Below are positions 38,074 through 49,942 of a DNA stretch of 64,000 nucleotides, in pieces. The DNA comes from Dimorphilus gyrociliatus (Eukaryota > Animalia > Annelida), in contig CAJFCJ010000070.1 in assembly GCA_904063045.1 (NCBI GenBank), forward strand, positions 17,358-81,357, read 5' to 3'. How positions within the stretch are numbered: the first letter of the stretch is position 1; every line of letters begins with the position of its first letter. The notes under the pieces are model-generated. The model was given only the letters and a program-made list of their open reading frames with translations, was not told the origin of the DNA and did no database searches. The position numbers were made by a program, and so were the translations under genes.

Positions 38074-39255
38074 TCATTTTTTTAACATCAATTGTTGAAA
38101 TTTTTTTCTATTAAAATATGAAAAAAAGAAATCAACACATTCAATTGTATCAGAGACTTGAAAAAGTTCTATACACATTTCTTCTGCCCCATTTTTGTCA
38201 AAATCACCTAAATTAACTTTTTTAATTTTTGAACAGTTTTTCAGTAAATTTCCAAAATAATCAATTTGTTCTCTGTTTAAATTACACAGTTGAAAACTAA
38301 TTATCTTCAAAGCTTTTGAAGATTGGTTAAGTCCATTGCAAATTCTGAAAAATCCATTTCCCATATTACTATTATAATTTAAATTGATTTGTTCAATTTT
38401 AGAACATTTGCCAAGTAATTTTCCAATCATTATACATCTTTCTTCATTTAAATAACAATTTTCAAAATTGATATTTTTTAATGTTTTTGATGATTTTGTA
38501 AGTCCTTTACAAATGTCATCTAATGCAATTCCCATATCATTATTACCTAAATTAACTTTTTCAAGATTTTTGCAATTTTCAAATAATTTTGCTATCAGTT
38601 TACTATCTTCTTTATTTAAACTGCAATATCTAAGAGACACACATTTCAAGGTTTTTGATGATTTTAAAAGTTCATTGCAAAAATAATCTAATTGATTTTT
38701 GTTTCTGTGATACTCATATAAATCAATTGTCTCTATTTCAGAGCAATGTTTTAATAAATCTCCTAATACTTTGAATAGACCTTCAAATGGACAGATTGAA
38801 AATGAAATATTTTTCAATGATTTACATGATGGTAAAAGTCCATTACAAATATCTTGAGCTCCTTTTACTGAACATTTCTCTAAGCCAGCTTTGATTATTT
38901 CTATATTTGAAAAGTGTTTTTTGAGTATATATCCAAATTTTTCACATTGCTTATCAGTCAAGTTACAGTGTTTAATATCAATCATTTTCAAAGTTGACTT
39001 TGAACGAATAAGTCCTCTACATGTTTGTAAGATTCCTTGCCCCATGTTTTTTTTCTGTCTTATTTTGATGGTTTCTATTGAATCACAAAGTCCTAATAAT
39101 TTCTTAATAGATTCACAATTTTTATTTGTCAATTTGCAAGAAATAAATTCAATATGTTTTAAAGTATTTTTTGACTTAGCAATACCAGATAGAATATTTT
39201 CAAATTTGTCCAACATATCATTTCTATTTCCTGATTTCCAGAGTATACTTGTCAT
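38074..39255 (-). CDS. Ribonuclease-inhibitor/NLR-type leucine-rich-repeat protein (393 aa, intronless ORF)
   Basis: About 5.5 repeats of a ~56-aa A/B pair (KTLKxIxFxxCxLxxxxCxxIGxLLxxCSxIExINLxxNxNMG). The true start is uncertain; upstream sequence may be a decayed extension. Confidence 0.8.
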   Translation of the reverse strand: MTSILWKSGNRNDMLDKFENILSGIAKSKNTLKHIEFISCKLTNKNCESIKKLLGLCDSIETIKIRQKKNMGQGILQTCRGLIRSKSTLKMIDIKHCNLTDKQCEKFGYILKKHFSNIEIIKAGLEKCSVKGAQDICNGLLPSCKSLKNISFSICPFEGLFKVLGDLLKHCSEIETIDLYEYHRNKNQLDYFCNELLKSSKTLKCVSLRYCSLNKEDSKLIAKLFENCKNLEKVNLGNNDMGIALDDICKGLTKSSKTLKNINFENCYLNEERCIMIGKLLGKCSKIEQINLNYNSNMGNGFFRICNGLNQSSKALKIISFQLCNLNREQIDYFGNLLKNCSKIKKVNLGDFDKNGAEEMCIELFQVSDTIECVDFFFSYFNRKKFQQLMLKK

Positions 39256-39978
39256 GTTTTTTGGTTTTTAACTAATAGCCATGGATTTAGGAAAACATGG
39301 TTATAGTTTAAAACCACATGACAATTATTATTATATAAAATTAAACTCTTATCACTTCATTCCAATCAGCTAATCTTATGTCATAGACTTCAGATTTAAA
39401 CGAACTTTAGAATAGCTTCTATTTCATACAACTTAGAATGATAGAATTAAAGAAGTAATTCTAATTTCATAAGCAATAGATTCTTTAACCATAATTGATG
39501 GAGCTACTATGGAATTGGCAAAGGAACAAAGAACAAAAGGATTCTTCATTTTTTTGTTTATTGAAGTTCTAAACCATAATTTATTCAATGTATAGGCATA
39601 ATTTTGTATAGATTTTATTGCAATGGACAACAAAAACACTGTAGATTTTTGACAAAATATCTACATTTAATTTCTTTTGAAATACTGCTGTAGTTTCAAA
39701 TTACATAAGTATCAGTGCTCCATCTAACGGAAGATGTAATTAATCTAATTCTAGTAGTGTGAAATAGATATAGGACATTTAAAAGTAGTTGAGGATTTTT
39801 TCTTCATGTGTTTTAAATGGGGAATGTTCTATCTTTCTTCATTGACTGCAACGACATCTGTATATGAATTATTATACAAAAATATTCCAATATTTTCTAA
39901 TAAATATACAGTGTCCATGCCACCTGTGTGAAAGAAAACCATGTCTTCTACTTTTGGTTTTGATAGATCTCAAATAAA

Positions 39979-41454
39979 ATGACTGCTAAGAGTTTAATTG
40001 AAATTACTCTGTGGAAAATCTTACATTCCATTAATCTACAAAGTGAAATTTGCCTGAAAAACAATTTTTTCATTGCTCCATTTATAACAAATCTTCTATT
40101 TGATTTTTGTAAGAGAAATTGTAAGAATTTAGAAGAAAAGGATCTGCAAATTTTTACTTTCAATTATTGCATGTTGACTAAATTTTCATTATATGAAGAT
40201 GAAGAAAATAGGTTTGATGATTTTAAATTTCTCCAAAATCAACCAATTAAAATTTTAATTTTAAAAAATGTTACGAAATATGGTGAAATATTATGCAATA
40301 TTTGTTTTGACGATATTACAGAATTGAAAATTGATTGTAAAGAAATTGATTGTAAAGAAATTGATTGTAAAGAAATTGATTGTAAAGAAATTGATTCAAT
40401 TTCTAATATTTTGAATGTGAAACAGCTGAAATCTTTAAAAAAACTTGAAAAAATATGCTTAAAAAACGTTATGTTTGATAAAGAATCTTTTATAGTATTT
40501 TTAAAACTTCTCAAAGATCACAAACAATTGTTAAGTGTTCATTTTTACAATTTACAATTTAATGGAGGTAAAGTTTTGGAAAATGAGTCTGACAAAAATA
40601 AATTGCATGGCTTGAATAGATTTCGATATCCAATTGACAGTTTAGTAAGTAAACAATTACTTACATTTCTTCTGCAAAATAAAAATCTCCAAACACTGAG
40701 ACTTTCTTTACTCAGATGTCTCCCATTTACTCAAAAGTTTTTTGTCAAATCAATTAGTGATAAAAATTTGACATTGAAAAAAATTGATATTATGTTTACA
40801 TCAGGTGATTCAATTTTAGAATTTGCAGACTTTCTTATTGGTCAGAAATGTTTAGAAAACTTACACTTACACTTACATATAAATTATGAATCAGTGAATG
40901 ACATTGATGAATTTTTACAAAGAATTTCTTGTATAACATATCTAAAAAAGTTAACATTGAAATTTGATATATGGACTAAAAACATGATGACTTTTATTAA
41001 ATCACAAACTAATTTAAAAAAATTGGGATTGTATTTCTATGGAGAAAATTGTTGGATGGAGTTTTTAGAAGACGAAAATTTAGAATTTAAGTTCTTGGAA
41101 ACATTAAAAATGATCTACTATTGTCCTATAATATCATATGAGAAGCTTTTTCTGAACGATTTTGTCAGAAACCAAACACAATTGAAAAAGTTCAATTTAA
41201 ATAATAGAATTTATCGTTTTCCAAACATAGACTTATTCTTTTATGAAGAAGACTTTTTCCCAGAGAGTCTTTTTGACAGTGACAGTTTTTTTTCACCTTC
41301 AACTGAATTTTCATTTGATGAAGAGGATGAAATTTTCATGAACAGTAGCGAAGATGGTGAAAATTTCATAAACAGTAGTGAAGATGATGAAAATTTTGTA
41401 AACAGTAGCGAACATGGTGAAATATTTTTAAATGAAGAAAGCAGTGATGATTAA
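39979..41454 (+). CDS. LRR (RNI-like) protein with a BC-box/VHL-box-like N-terminus and acidic tail (491 aa, intronless)
   Basis: Open 491-aa frame with LxxLxL repeats (LKKLEKICLKNV, LQTLRLSL, LENLHLHL, LKKLTLKF). SLIEITLWKIL followed by IAPFITNLL loosely resembles ZYG11/PRAME-type boxes (inference). Confidence 0.7.
   Translation: MTAKSLIEITLWKILHSINLQSEICLKNNFFIAPFITNLLFDFCKRNCKNLEEKDLQIFTFNYCMLTKFSLYEDEENRFDDFKFLQNQPIKILILKNVTKYGEILCNICFDDITELKIDCKEIDCKEIDCKEIDCKEIDSISNILNVKQLKSLKKLEKICLKNVMFDKESFIVFLKLLKDHKQLLSVHFYNLQFNGGKVLENESDKNKLHGLNRFRYPIDSLVSKQLLTFLLQNKNLQTLRLSLLRCLPFTQKFFVKSISDKNLTLKKIDIMFTSGDSILEFADFLIGQKCLENLHLHLHINYESVNDIDEFLQRISCITYLKKLTLKFDIWTKNMMTFIKSQTNLKKLGLYFYGENCWMEFLEDENLEFKFLETLKMIYYCPIISYEKLFLNDFVRNQTQLKKFNLNNRIYRFPNIDLFFYEEDFFPESLFDSDSFFSPSTEFSFDEEDEIFMNSSEDGENFINSSEDDENFVNSSEHGEIFLNEESSDD
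40330..40396 (+). repeat. Coding 15-bp tandem repeat ATTGATTGTAAAGAA x4.4 (IDCKE)
   Basis: Directly visible; in frame. Confidence 0.95.
41341..41430 (+). repeat. Coding 30-bp tandem repeat x3 (NSSEDGENFI / NSSEDDENFV / NSSEHGEIFL)
   Basis: Directly visible in the acidic tail. Confidence 0.9.
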
Positions 41455-42189
41455 ATAATTACTTTTTCTTCTGATGTTCAAAACTATTCAATTTTTTAAA
41501 AAGAATATTACAGTGTCATTGTTTGAATTTTGTAGAGTTTTTGAACAGATATTCTTTTAATTTTAAAAAAAATATAAACTTTTCTCTGTTTTGAATGAAT
41601 TTTCAACTATTTCTTTATGTTAGATTATTTCTGAAAAGTGAGAAATTATCACGTGATGGCATTGATATTTGAATTGAAAAAGAATAAAATACTTTCGAGT
41701 TCTATCTATAAATTCGGTTGTATAAATATCTTATCTTTCATTCTAAACAAAAAGATTTAATTTAGCAAGTCTTGTTAGTTAAATAATTCACTTTTTTCAA
41801 TCTAAGAACAACCCTGGCAGAAACATCTTATTGGGACTGTATAATGATATAGCTAGACACAATATAATCAAGCCTTTCCACAAATTTCAAACAAACTTTT
41901 TGTATATTGAGGCTCTTCTACAGTTTTTTCTATATGATGAAATAAGAGGCTAGAGGTTAAACAATAATGTAGTCAACCTGTACATCAAATAGACCATTTC
42001 CCATTGAGAAACTTTTCTCATTTTCATTAATTAACCTAAACTTAAAAATCAATATGAAGGTTGGCTGTAAGGAATCCCTCCTTTCTGAGCTCTTATGTTT
42101 CAAACAAACAAAAGTTAATCTTTTTCATTCCTCTAGCCTTCATCTTTTTTTTCTCCTCAGAAGAAAAACAATTAATAAAATGCATATTA

Positions 42190-43850
42190 CAGTCTTTCAG
42201 TCAATACTGTATATTATTTTCTCTACAATTTTTACTTGTGATATTTTTGTATTTCATCAAGTCATTTGTTTTATTAATGACATAAAAACAATCAATTTCA
42301 GTTAATTTCAGCACCAAAGAATGTTCCAGAAGTAAAATAGTAATAGAGTTAAACTCTACTTCCTGAAATGTTTTGCAAATTGTATTCTTATATCCAGAAA
42401 TGCTCCCAACATCATATTCAAATGTCAGGCTACCATTATCAAACAGGCTAACCCTTAATGATGCAGATATTTTCTGTCCATTCGAAAATACTGTGTAACA
42501 AGGGAAAAAAGATTTTTCAACACAACATTTTAAAGAAATGAAGATAGTTAGGAAGAAAATATTTACATTTTAAGCATATTGCAGTTGCAGTTATAGTTCC
42601 AATGGGAAATGACAAGTCTGATGGATTTGATACTTGAATGGAACTAGATGTATCATCATTCAAATACAATTCATCAAATAGTATAAAGCTGTTTGCTATT
42701 CCATTGGGAATATAAAGATTAGAATGTTTCTCATAACTGTTTGTAATGAAATTGCTGAAATTAGAATTTTTGATAATAATATAAACTTCTGCAACAGATA
42801 TTTGTAAGTAAGAACTAAATGACTGGAACATTTGAACTCTTAAATATCTTCCTTGGATGTAATTTTCACTTTCAAGATAATAAAATTTATTGTATTTATC
42901 ATTACTATTATCTGTAATTCTACCAATAATGGAATGATTTTTTGCTGGTTTTAATGTTTCTGGTAATTTTTCAAAGCTTACCAAAACATTTTTAAAAGAT
43001 TCTTCATCTATTTATATAAATTTAAATTATTATTAAATTAATGAAAAATTTAAGGAATTTTTATGAAAATTATTCACCATCATCTCTTTTTCCAATTATA
43101 ACACTTTTGAAAATGAAAGTGTTTTTACAATCAATTCTAACAAATGGTTTATCTTTAGTTTGCTTAACAGTGTCAGTGATGATGTAAGAAATCTCAGCAT
43201 CTTGTAAAACAGATGATTCAAAACTCCTTAGCCAAGGTCCAATCACAACAGAATTGTTTTCAAATTTTAATAAAGTTGTTTCTGGAAATGTGAAAGTAAT
43301 TGAAATTGTGAAAATAATAAAAAGAGCTAAAAAACATCACCATATGCTTCTAAAAGTTTTCCTTTGATGGCAATATCATCCAGTTTAACAGCTGTACTCT
43401 GAATTTTTCTTTTTCCATTGTTAACCAATTCCCAACACAGTTTGTCTTATAACATTTGTAGTTTGAGTATGTTGCTATTGAGATCTCCTCAATGTATAAA
43501 TCCTGATTGTCATTCGGAAAATTTCCAGAAAATATAGATATTTCTTCAATTACTTCTAAAATATACAAAAAATCATATCAAAGAAATGATGAAATTTGAA
43601 TAGAACATTTTTTACCTTCTTCAAATAGACAAATTTTAATAAGAATTAAGGTTAATTGCCCAAAAATTATTATAATTAGCATCTAATTTTATTAATTTTC
43701 TTTTTTTAACTTCCTGTTTTGAAGCACCAATATCATTGTCATCAACAGAAAAACTTGTGAAAGAGATTTGACCTTTTCCAATATCTTCAGTCAAGTTGAA
43801 CATTTTTTGAATGGAGGAAGGTAGAAAAGCAGTTACTAAGAGAAATCATA
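42190..43850 (-). pseudogene. Multi-exon fragments of an extracellular protein (cadherin-like, galactose-binding-like and laminin-G-like segments)
   Basis: FSVDDNDIG (cadherin-like, ~43740); GRYLRVQMF...ISVAEVY (F5/8C-like); SLFDNGSLTFEYDVGS (LamG-like exon after acceptor acacag at ~42490). Splice-like boundaries present; an in-frame stop occurs near 42200. Confidence 0.45.
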
Positions 43851-44814
43851 TTAACTTTCCATATAAATTTTTTTTTTGAAAAACTTTCTACTCATTTATA
43901 TAAAGGTTAAATTGTTATTGAGCACAATCAGCAAAAAGAGTTTCTTTTTATGCTTTTTCTATTGATTTTCTAATTGGCTAAGTGGAAACTTTTGAGTGAA
44001 AGCTATAATTTCTCTTCCCATTCAGAAAATCTGCAATTATAGAAATAGAATTGTCAGCCTTTTGTCACCTAAAAATCTAATAAGTGGTAATTTAACTAAT
44101 ATGCCTTGTTGGAAATAGAGTTCAGGTCAGTGTTTCTGGGGGATTTCCTTTCTCTTCTGAGATCATTGGGTTGCACAGATACACTTGCAAGCAGTTTGCT
44201 TTGTAGGTCAAGTTTTGGGGTTGGGGTCAGTATTGGAAACCTATATCTACAGTTGTTGTGCCTATCATAAGCTTATCTGTATATGTCCAGCTAAACTTCC
44301 AAAAGAATGCAAAGAGAATTTAGAAATGAAGATATTCAATATTCCCCACTGCTAAAGAGCATTGATGTATTTTGAGTTCATTTACCTCTTTTCACATAAG
44401 TCTTAAATAGCTATTAGTAGATCACCATCCGACTAATTTTTTCTAGGTTTGGTATAACATTGAAATTAGCCTTATCTAATCTAACATTTCCTAGACTAGT
44501 CATTGGTCAGTTAACTCCTGTTTAATGGAAATTATAAATCTGCTCTTATTTTATTGAAATTTTATACAGATTGGACTGATTTGTGTGTAAAGATTACATG
44601 GAAAAGCTATATAATCTAAATTATCGAATCCCAAATCTTCACACAACTCTTATTTAATTTTGAATTTTTAATATTTAAATTTGTAATTATTTAAAAATTG
44701 AGCCTTACTTTTTTCAACTGTTATCTCTTTAATACATATTTTACTTTTGTAATTACTTGATTGGAATTACATATTTAATTGCTTCAATCAGAGCAATTAA
44801 TATCAATATTGCAA

Positions 44815-45605
44815 ACAGTGTCGGACAAAGGGGGCAGAATTTTTCCTGCAAGATGGAGCGATCTGCCATACAGCAAAAATAACTAATGCATACATAAGGA
44901 AAGAGATGAAGGAGAGAATTTTTTATCAAAAATTGTTACAGGAGATGAAACATGGGTATTCTATCATGAACCATTACTAAAAGAGTTTTTCTTTAGAATA
45001 CCATACAAAACTATCACCACCACCAAAAAAGGTTAAAGTAGGTAAGTCAGCAGACACAAACTAGTGGCATGTGTGCTTTTGGATAGGGAAAGGCTTATTC
45101 ACCTGGAATTTCTAAATTCACATATTTGAATAAATTCAGAAATTTACATCAATATTCTAAAGCAATTAAAACAAAGAATTATTAAAAATAGGCATGAGTT
45201 TTTTCAAGAGAATGCCAGATCTCATACCAGCCTACAAAAAAGCTAATATCTTGAAACAACTGGGTGTGTAATGCTGTTTCATCCAGCCTACAGCCCAGAT
45301 CTCACTCCATCAGACTATTATCTTTTCTGGAAATTAAAGGACCATGTTCGTGGACAAATATTTGAAAATGATGATAAAATTAAAAATAGCAGTGAGGGCA
45401 TTTTTTGGGTCCAAACCACCTGAATACTTTGCCAAAGGAATTGATATGCTTCCCGCCAGGTGGCAAGCATGCATTGACAACAATGGGGAATTTGAAGCTA
45501 AATAGACATACCTAAGACATTAATTAACATTTATGAATAAGCATAATTTGTAAGTTTTTTTAATGTTAGATAAAAACAGCGAGATTTTTTCAGGTTACCC
45601 TAATA
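44815..45605 (+). mobile_element. Mariner (DD34D) transposon remnant with right TIR
   Basis: VTGDETWVFYHEP, QENARSHT and HPAYSPDLTPSDYYLFWKLKDH, with frameshifts. The end gagattttttcaggttaccctaata is mariner-TIR-like and finishes at TA. Left TIR not found. Confidence 0.85.
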
Positions 45606-45989
45606 AATTAAAATTTTCTACTTAAAAACATTCTTTGCACTAGGAAATAGGCTGGAACTGCAAATTGAAAGTTAACCTCATAAAAATCCAATAGCTATTG
45701 ACCTATCATGTTACAGACACAGTTAGAAAACTTTTTCAACAAACCATACCTTTGCCTAAATGAGATAGCTTATTAAATGGATAAAGTAGGTTGTATTAAC
45801 TGTTATCTTAAGCTAAAATATGATTTTGGAAACATCAATAGAAAATTTTTTCTATTCAGATATTTAATTGTTAAAAACTGGGATAATGGGTACAATTTCA
45901 TCCAGTTACAGTTTCACCTTTTCTCCATTTCAACTTACTTCCAAAATCTGTAAAGATATAACAACAAAACTGTATTCCAGCAATAAGCA

Positions 45990-47400
45990 ATGAGGTATGT
46001 AAAATATTCATGTGTACAAAATATTTACCTATTCATTTCTATGAAATCTTATGAATGATTCATAAGATTCATAACAATACTTTAATTCTTGGTGATTTTG
46101 GAAATGATGTGGATGTTTGTAAATCAATTTACAATGAAATAAGAAATTGTGAGTAAGTAGAATTAAAAAAAAATGACTTTTATATTTACCATTTTCTCTT
46201 TTAGAGTTTTTAATATACTGAGAATTTTTTGTCACTTCTTCAATGTTTCTTCTCCATTTGTTAATGAGAATCCCAGCAATCCAACTGACTCTCATATNNN
46301 NNNNNNNTGTCAGATTTCAACTTTGTGATCCTTTGACCACTTGAACCCTAGCTTTGGAAAAAGTATAAAAGGAAATGCATTTCCTCAGCTTGTCAGTTCA
46401 GTTCTTTAACCATTAACTGGTTGTTCAAACTTACTTGTTTAGAACTAGAAACTCATTTACTCAATACATATTCTTTGGACGAAATACTGGTATTTTGTTG
46501 AATTATTTCTACCAAAATTACATTTGTTAAGACTATTTGTGGACAAAGTTGAAAGGTTCTAATTGGACCAGTACTTTGGTAAATTGATAAATGATTGGAA
46601 AGGATGAATACTGTTCTGAAGAAGCAGAAATTTCTACAATTACAATACAACAAATTTGTTATGATAATTTTTAATATTGTCTGTCTTTCTCTTAGAAGAA
46701 TGTCAATATTCTCTCTTACCAAAGAAAAAGATTAACAAAAGTCAATGGTTCTCGTATTATGGAGCTCACGTGGATGTTTGTAAATCAATTTGCAGTCAAA
46801 TAAGAAATTGTGTGTAAGTAGAAATACAAATAAGTGACTTTTTCATATTTACCATTTTCTCTTTTAGAGTTTTTAATATACAGGGAATTTTTTCTCACTT
46901 TCACAATGTTTCTTCTCCAATTATTAATGAAAATCCCAACCATCCAACTGACTCTTATATAAAGAACAGCACTTGTGGTAAGATATATTCCTCAATCATT
47001 CTATTTTTTTGATCTATTCTATTTTTTTACAGCATTGCCAACAGTTCAAGGTAAAAAATGATGATGTAGCAATGAGTCCCTTTACTATTTCAAATTCTCT
47101 CTTTATAGGTAATGATTTTACTAAGGTGGCTGGAAAAAAATTTCATGGTAATTTAATAGGAAAATTCTATAGCAATTGTAAATTTCTGTGTAGTAATATA
47201 GCCAATTGCACGTGAGTATTTAGAATTTTCGATAATATTACAAATAATCAATATTTTAGTGCCTAACTCAATGTGTCCCTGGTTCTTGGCATCTGTTTCA
47301 CACTTTCTTTTCTCATATCTTTAAAGAATTCCAAGACATGGAGAAGGATCAAGTGAAAGTCATTGTACTGCTCTTGCCTCATCAATTCATGTGTTTGAGA
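45990..47400 (+). pseudogene. Decayed multi-exon gene with PAN/apple-like Cys motifs and a duplicated exon pair
   Basis: DVCKSICSQIRNC|gtgtaagt and DVCKSIYNEIRNC|gagtaagt, each followed by an acceptor and RVFNI...NVSSP..NENP..PTDS. A third motif reads CKFLCSNIANCT|gtgagt. Confidence 0.45.
46310..46650. repeat. Dispersed repeat family fragment (same family as 6245-7045)
   Basis: Shares gtttagaactagaaactc...actcaatacatattcttt...ctacaattacaatacaacaaa. Confidence 0.75.
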
Positions 47401-47861
47401 GTTTCAACAGTACTGCTTCTATTCAAATCTTTAAACAATAATTAATAACATACTTCTTGTAAAATTTGAAAATTTCCTTATGCTAACATTATACTAAAAA
47501 CTATTTATGCCTTGTATGTGTGTGAGATATACCACATGAACTATATTTTTAACAATTTATCTATATTTTTTCTTTTCTGTACCAGAGTTGACACTGATTT
47601 GATACAAAAAAGAATCTTGTTATTGATATAGATTACATCAAGTGAATGAACATAAAATATAATCATTTTTTATCAAACTTCTAATTGATTTATATACAAA
47701 TTTTCTATGAAAATGAAATTGATGATAATTGACTATATTTGAAATATTTCATTCAAACCATATGAAAGATTGTGGGAAATTATTAAAATCCTGCATCTGT
47801 AAATTTCAAAAATATTATATAAGGTGAAATATATGTTCATTTAACACAGAAAGTTGCAGAG

Positions 47862-48734
47862 ATGAAAGTTCTAGCTTTACTTGTTGTTGTAGCTGTTGCC
47901 ATTGAGGCAAAACCACATGATCCTGTTCGTTTGACCACAGATGTTGGCTACATTGTTGGTGGAGAAAATGCTTCTCCTGGGGAATTTCCATGGCAAGTTT
48001 CCTTGCAAAGATGTTCTGGAGGATCATGTTCTCACAATTGTGGAGCTGTTGTCATGAATGCAAATTGGGTTTTGACTGCTGCTCACTGTATTCAAAACCC
48101 AGTTCTCTCTTCTCACAGATTGGTCTTTGGTCTTCACACCCGAAGTGATGAAACTGGAACTCAAGCTAGAACTCCATCCATTGTTACACCTCACCCTGAT
48201 TTTGTCAATGATGGAAGTTTAGGATTCCCTAATGATGTTGGTGTCATGAAATTTGATGAGGCTATCAACCTTTCTGGCAATGTTGCTGCTGCTACACTTG
48301 TTCCATCAAATGTTGGAACTTTGGCTGGACAAGCTTGTACTATTTCTGGTTGGGGTCGTACTGCTGGTGGAGCTCCTTTGGCCAACATTCTCCAAAAGGC
48401 AGAAACCCGTGTTCTCTCAACTGCTGAATGCCAAGCACAAGGAATTCCTCAAGCTGATGATGACATGCACATTTGCCTAAACAATGATGATCAAACCACT
48501 AATTCATGCAATGTAAGTTTTAAATACTAATGTGAACTTTCAACAAATGTACATATACTACTATTACAGGGTGATTCTGGTGGCCCATTGAACTGTCCAA
48601 TTGGACCTAACAACTCTATGCAAATAGCTGGTATCACATCTTTTGGTATCATCTTCTGTCCACCAAGCAGACCAGCTGGATATGCCCGTGTTTCCTTTTA
48701 CCGTCAATGGATTGAAGACAACATGACTGATTAA
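47862..48734 (+). CDS. Secreted S1A serine protease, earthworm fibrinolytic enzyme A (lumbrokinase)/elastase-like; exons 47862-48512 and 48570-48734
   Basis: Signal peptide MKVLALLVVVAVAIEA; Y|IVGG activation site; LTAAHC, NDVGVM and TNSCN|GDSGGP catalytic triad; 57-bp GT-AG intron; AATAAA shortly after the stop. Confidence 0.95.
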
Positions 48735-49419
48735 ATATATTTCAAAATAAATAAATTCATTGTCTACTTTAAAATATTAGGAAAAAGTATTATAAACAAA
48801 GAATGCTGTATTTATTATTGCTTCTTGTGTTTTTGAGGGAAGAGATTTTGAAAGATATAGGAAAATATCTTAATAGCATGACTTTGTTAAAAGTTTTTAA
48901 AAAAATAAGACAAAATTGTTCCATACTCTCAGGAAAACATTACTCTCTATCTATCTCTAATATTTTTACAATTCTGTTATATTTTACATGCTTGAACTCT
49001 ATTATTTTTTGCAACTTATACATGTACCTCTTCAAACCTACGCAAGAAAATGCTGTATCATTGGCCAAACCAAGGTTTGATTAGTCAGCTTGAAGGCTCA
49101 TCTTTAATTACCAATAAAGGTTTCAAGTTGTAATTTAATTAACTTGCCTAGGGTGTGGCCAAGTTATAATTCAATTAACCTTCTAAATGTTCAACCTTGT
49201 AACAACCTGTTACTAAACATAAATATGAACTAGACATTTTGGCAACCATCCATCTACTCGTCAATGTTGGAAGACAGTTTGTTAATTTGGCAACCTGCTA
49301 TTACGAACTATCTACTCTGCTATTGAACTCTCATATTGTTACTTGCTTAAGTATTATTATTTTGAATAAACCGTTTTATTTTAAACATTTGTTTAAAGGT
49401 TCGAGTAGAACCATTATTG

Positions 49420-49620
49420 TTGTAACTTGGAAGAACTTGGATCAATTTCTTCAATTTGTGAATAATTTTTTCAACAATACTCCCAAACATTTACCTTGCT
49501 CTTCATTTAAGTTGCATTCACGGATGTTAACCCTCTTCAGAGTATCTTTTGATGGTTGAAGTCTATTAAAAATATCAATGATCACCTAAATTTATCTGCT
49601 CATTTCTTTTTGAGCACAAA
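49420..49620 (-). pseudogene. RI-type LRR gene fragment (paralog of 38074-39255)
   Basis: EQINLGDH...RLQPSKDTLKRVNIRECNLNEEQGKCLGVLLKK, with frameshifts. Confidence 0.65.
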
Positions 49621-49942
49621 TGAATCTAGAGAGGAGCAGAGATTATGATTTTCTTTTGACAGCATGGAGAGCTTTGCTGACTGCTGAGGATATTATGTAG
49701 TGCAAAGATAAAGTTAAAATTATCTTGACATTAATTAACTATGTTTGCTTCTATTATGATATCATTAATTATGAAACTATGCTGATTGTTTGGTTTACAA
49801 TTTTAGCTCATCTATCAAGTATTCCTGATATTTGACAAGAATGACTTTGCCAGTTTACAAACTGATATATTATAAACACAGCAAATTACAAAGCAATTTA
49901 TAAATAACAGATGAGGGGATAAAAGGTTTATAAATCTATAGA

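Larger units (their letters stand above)
23304..40012. repeat. Tandem array of ~8.1 kb units: partial 23304-24197, unit 24198-31871, unit 31872-40012
   Basis: Paired identical ORFs at offset 8127 (26870/34997, 27933/36060, 28913/37040). Each unit ends after ATG ACT GCT AAG AGT TTA ATT GAA ATT ACT CTG T, the first 11 codons of the gene at 39979. Confidence 0.9.

Noticed and set aside
46050-46290. NNTLILGDFGND read as a LINE APE endonuclease motif
   Set aside because: Other APE motifs are absent. Splice signals and the paralogous segment at 46700-46960 support a PAN-like exon reading instead.
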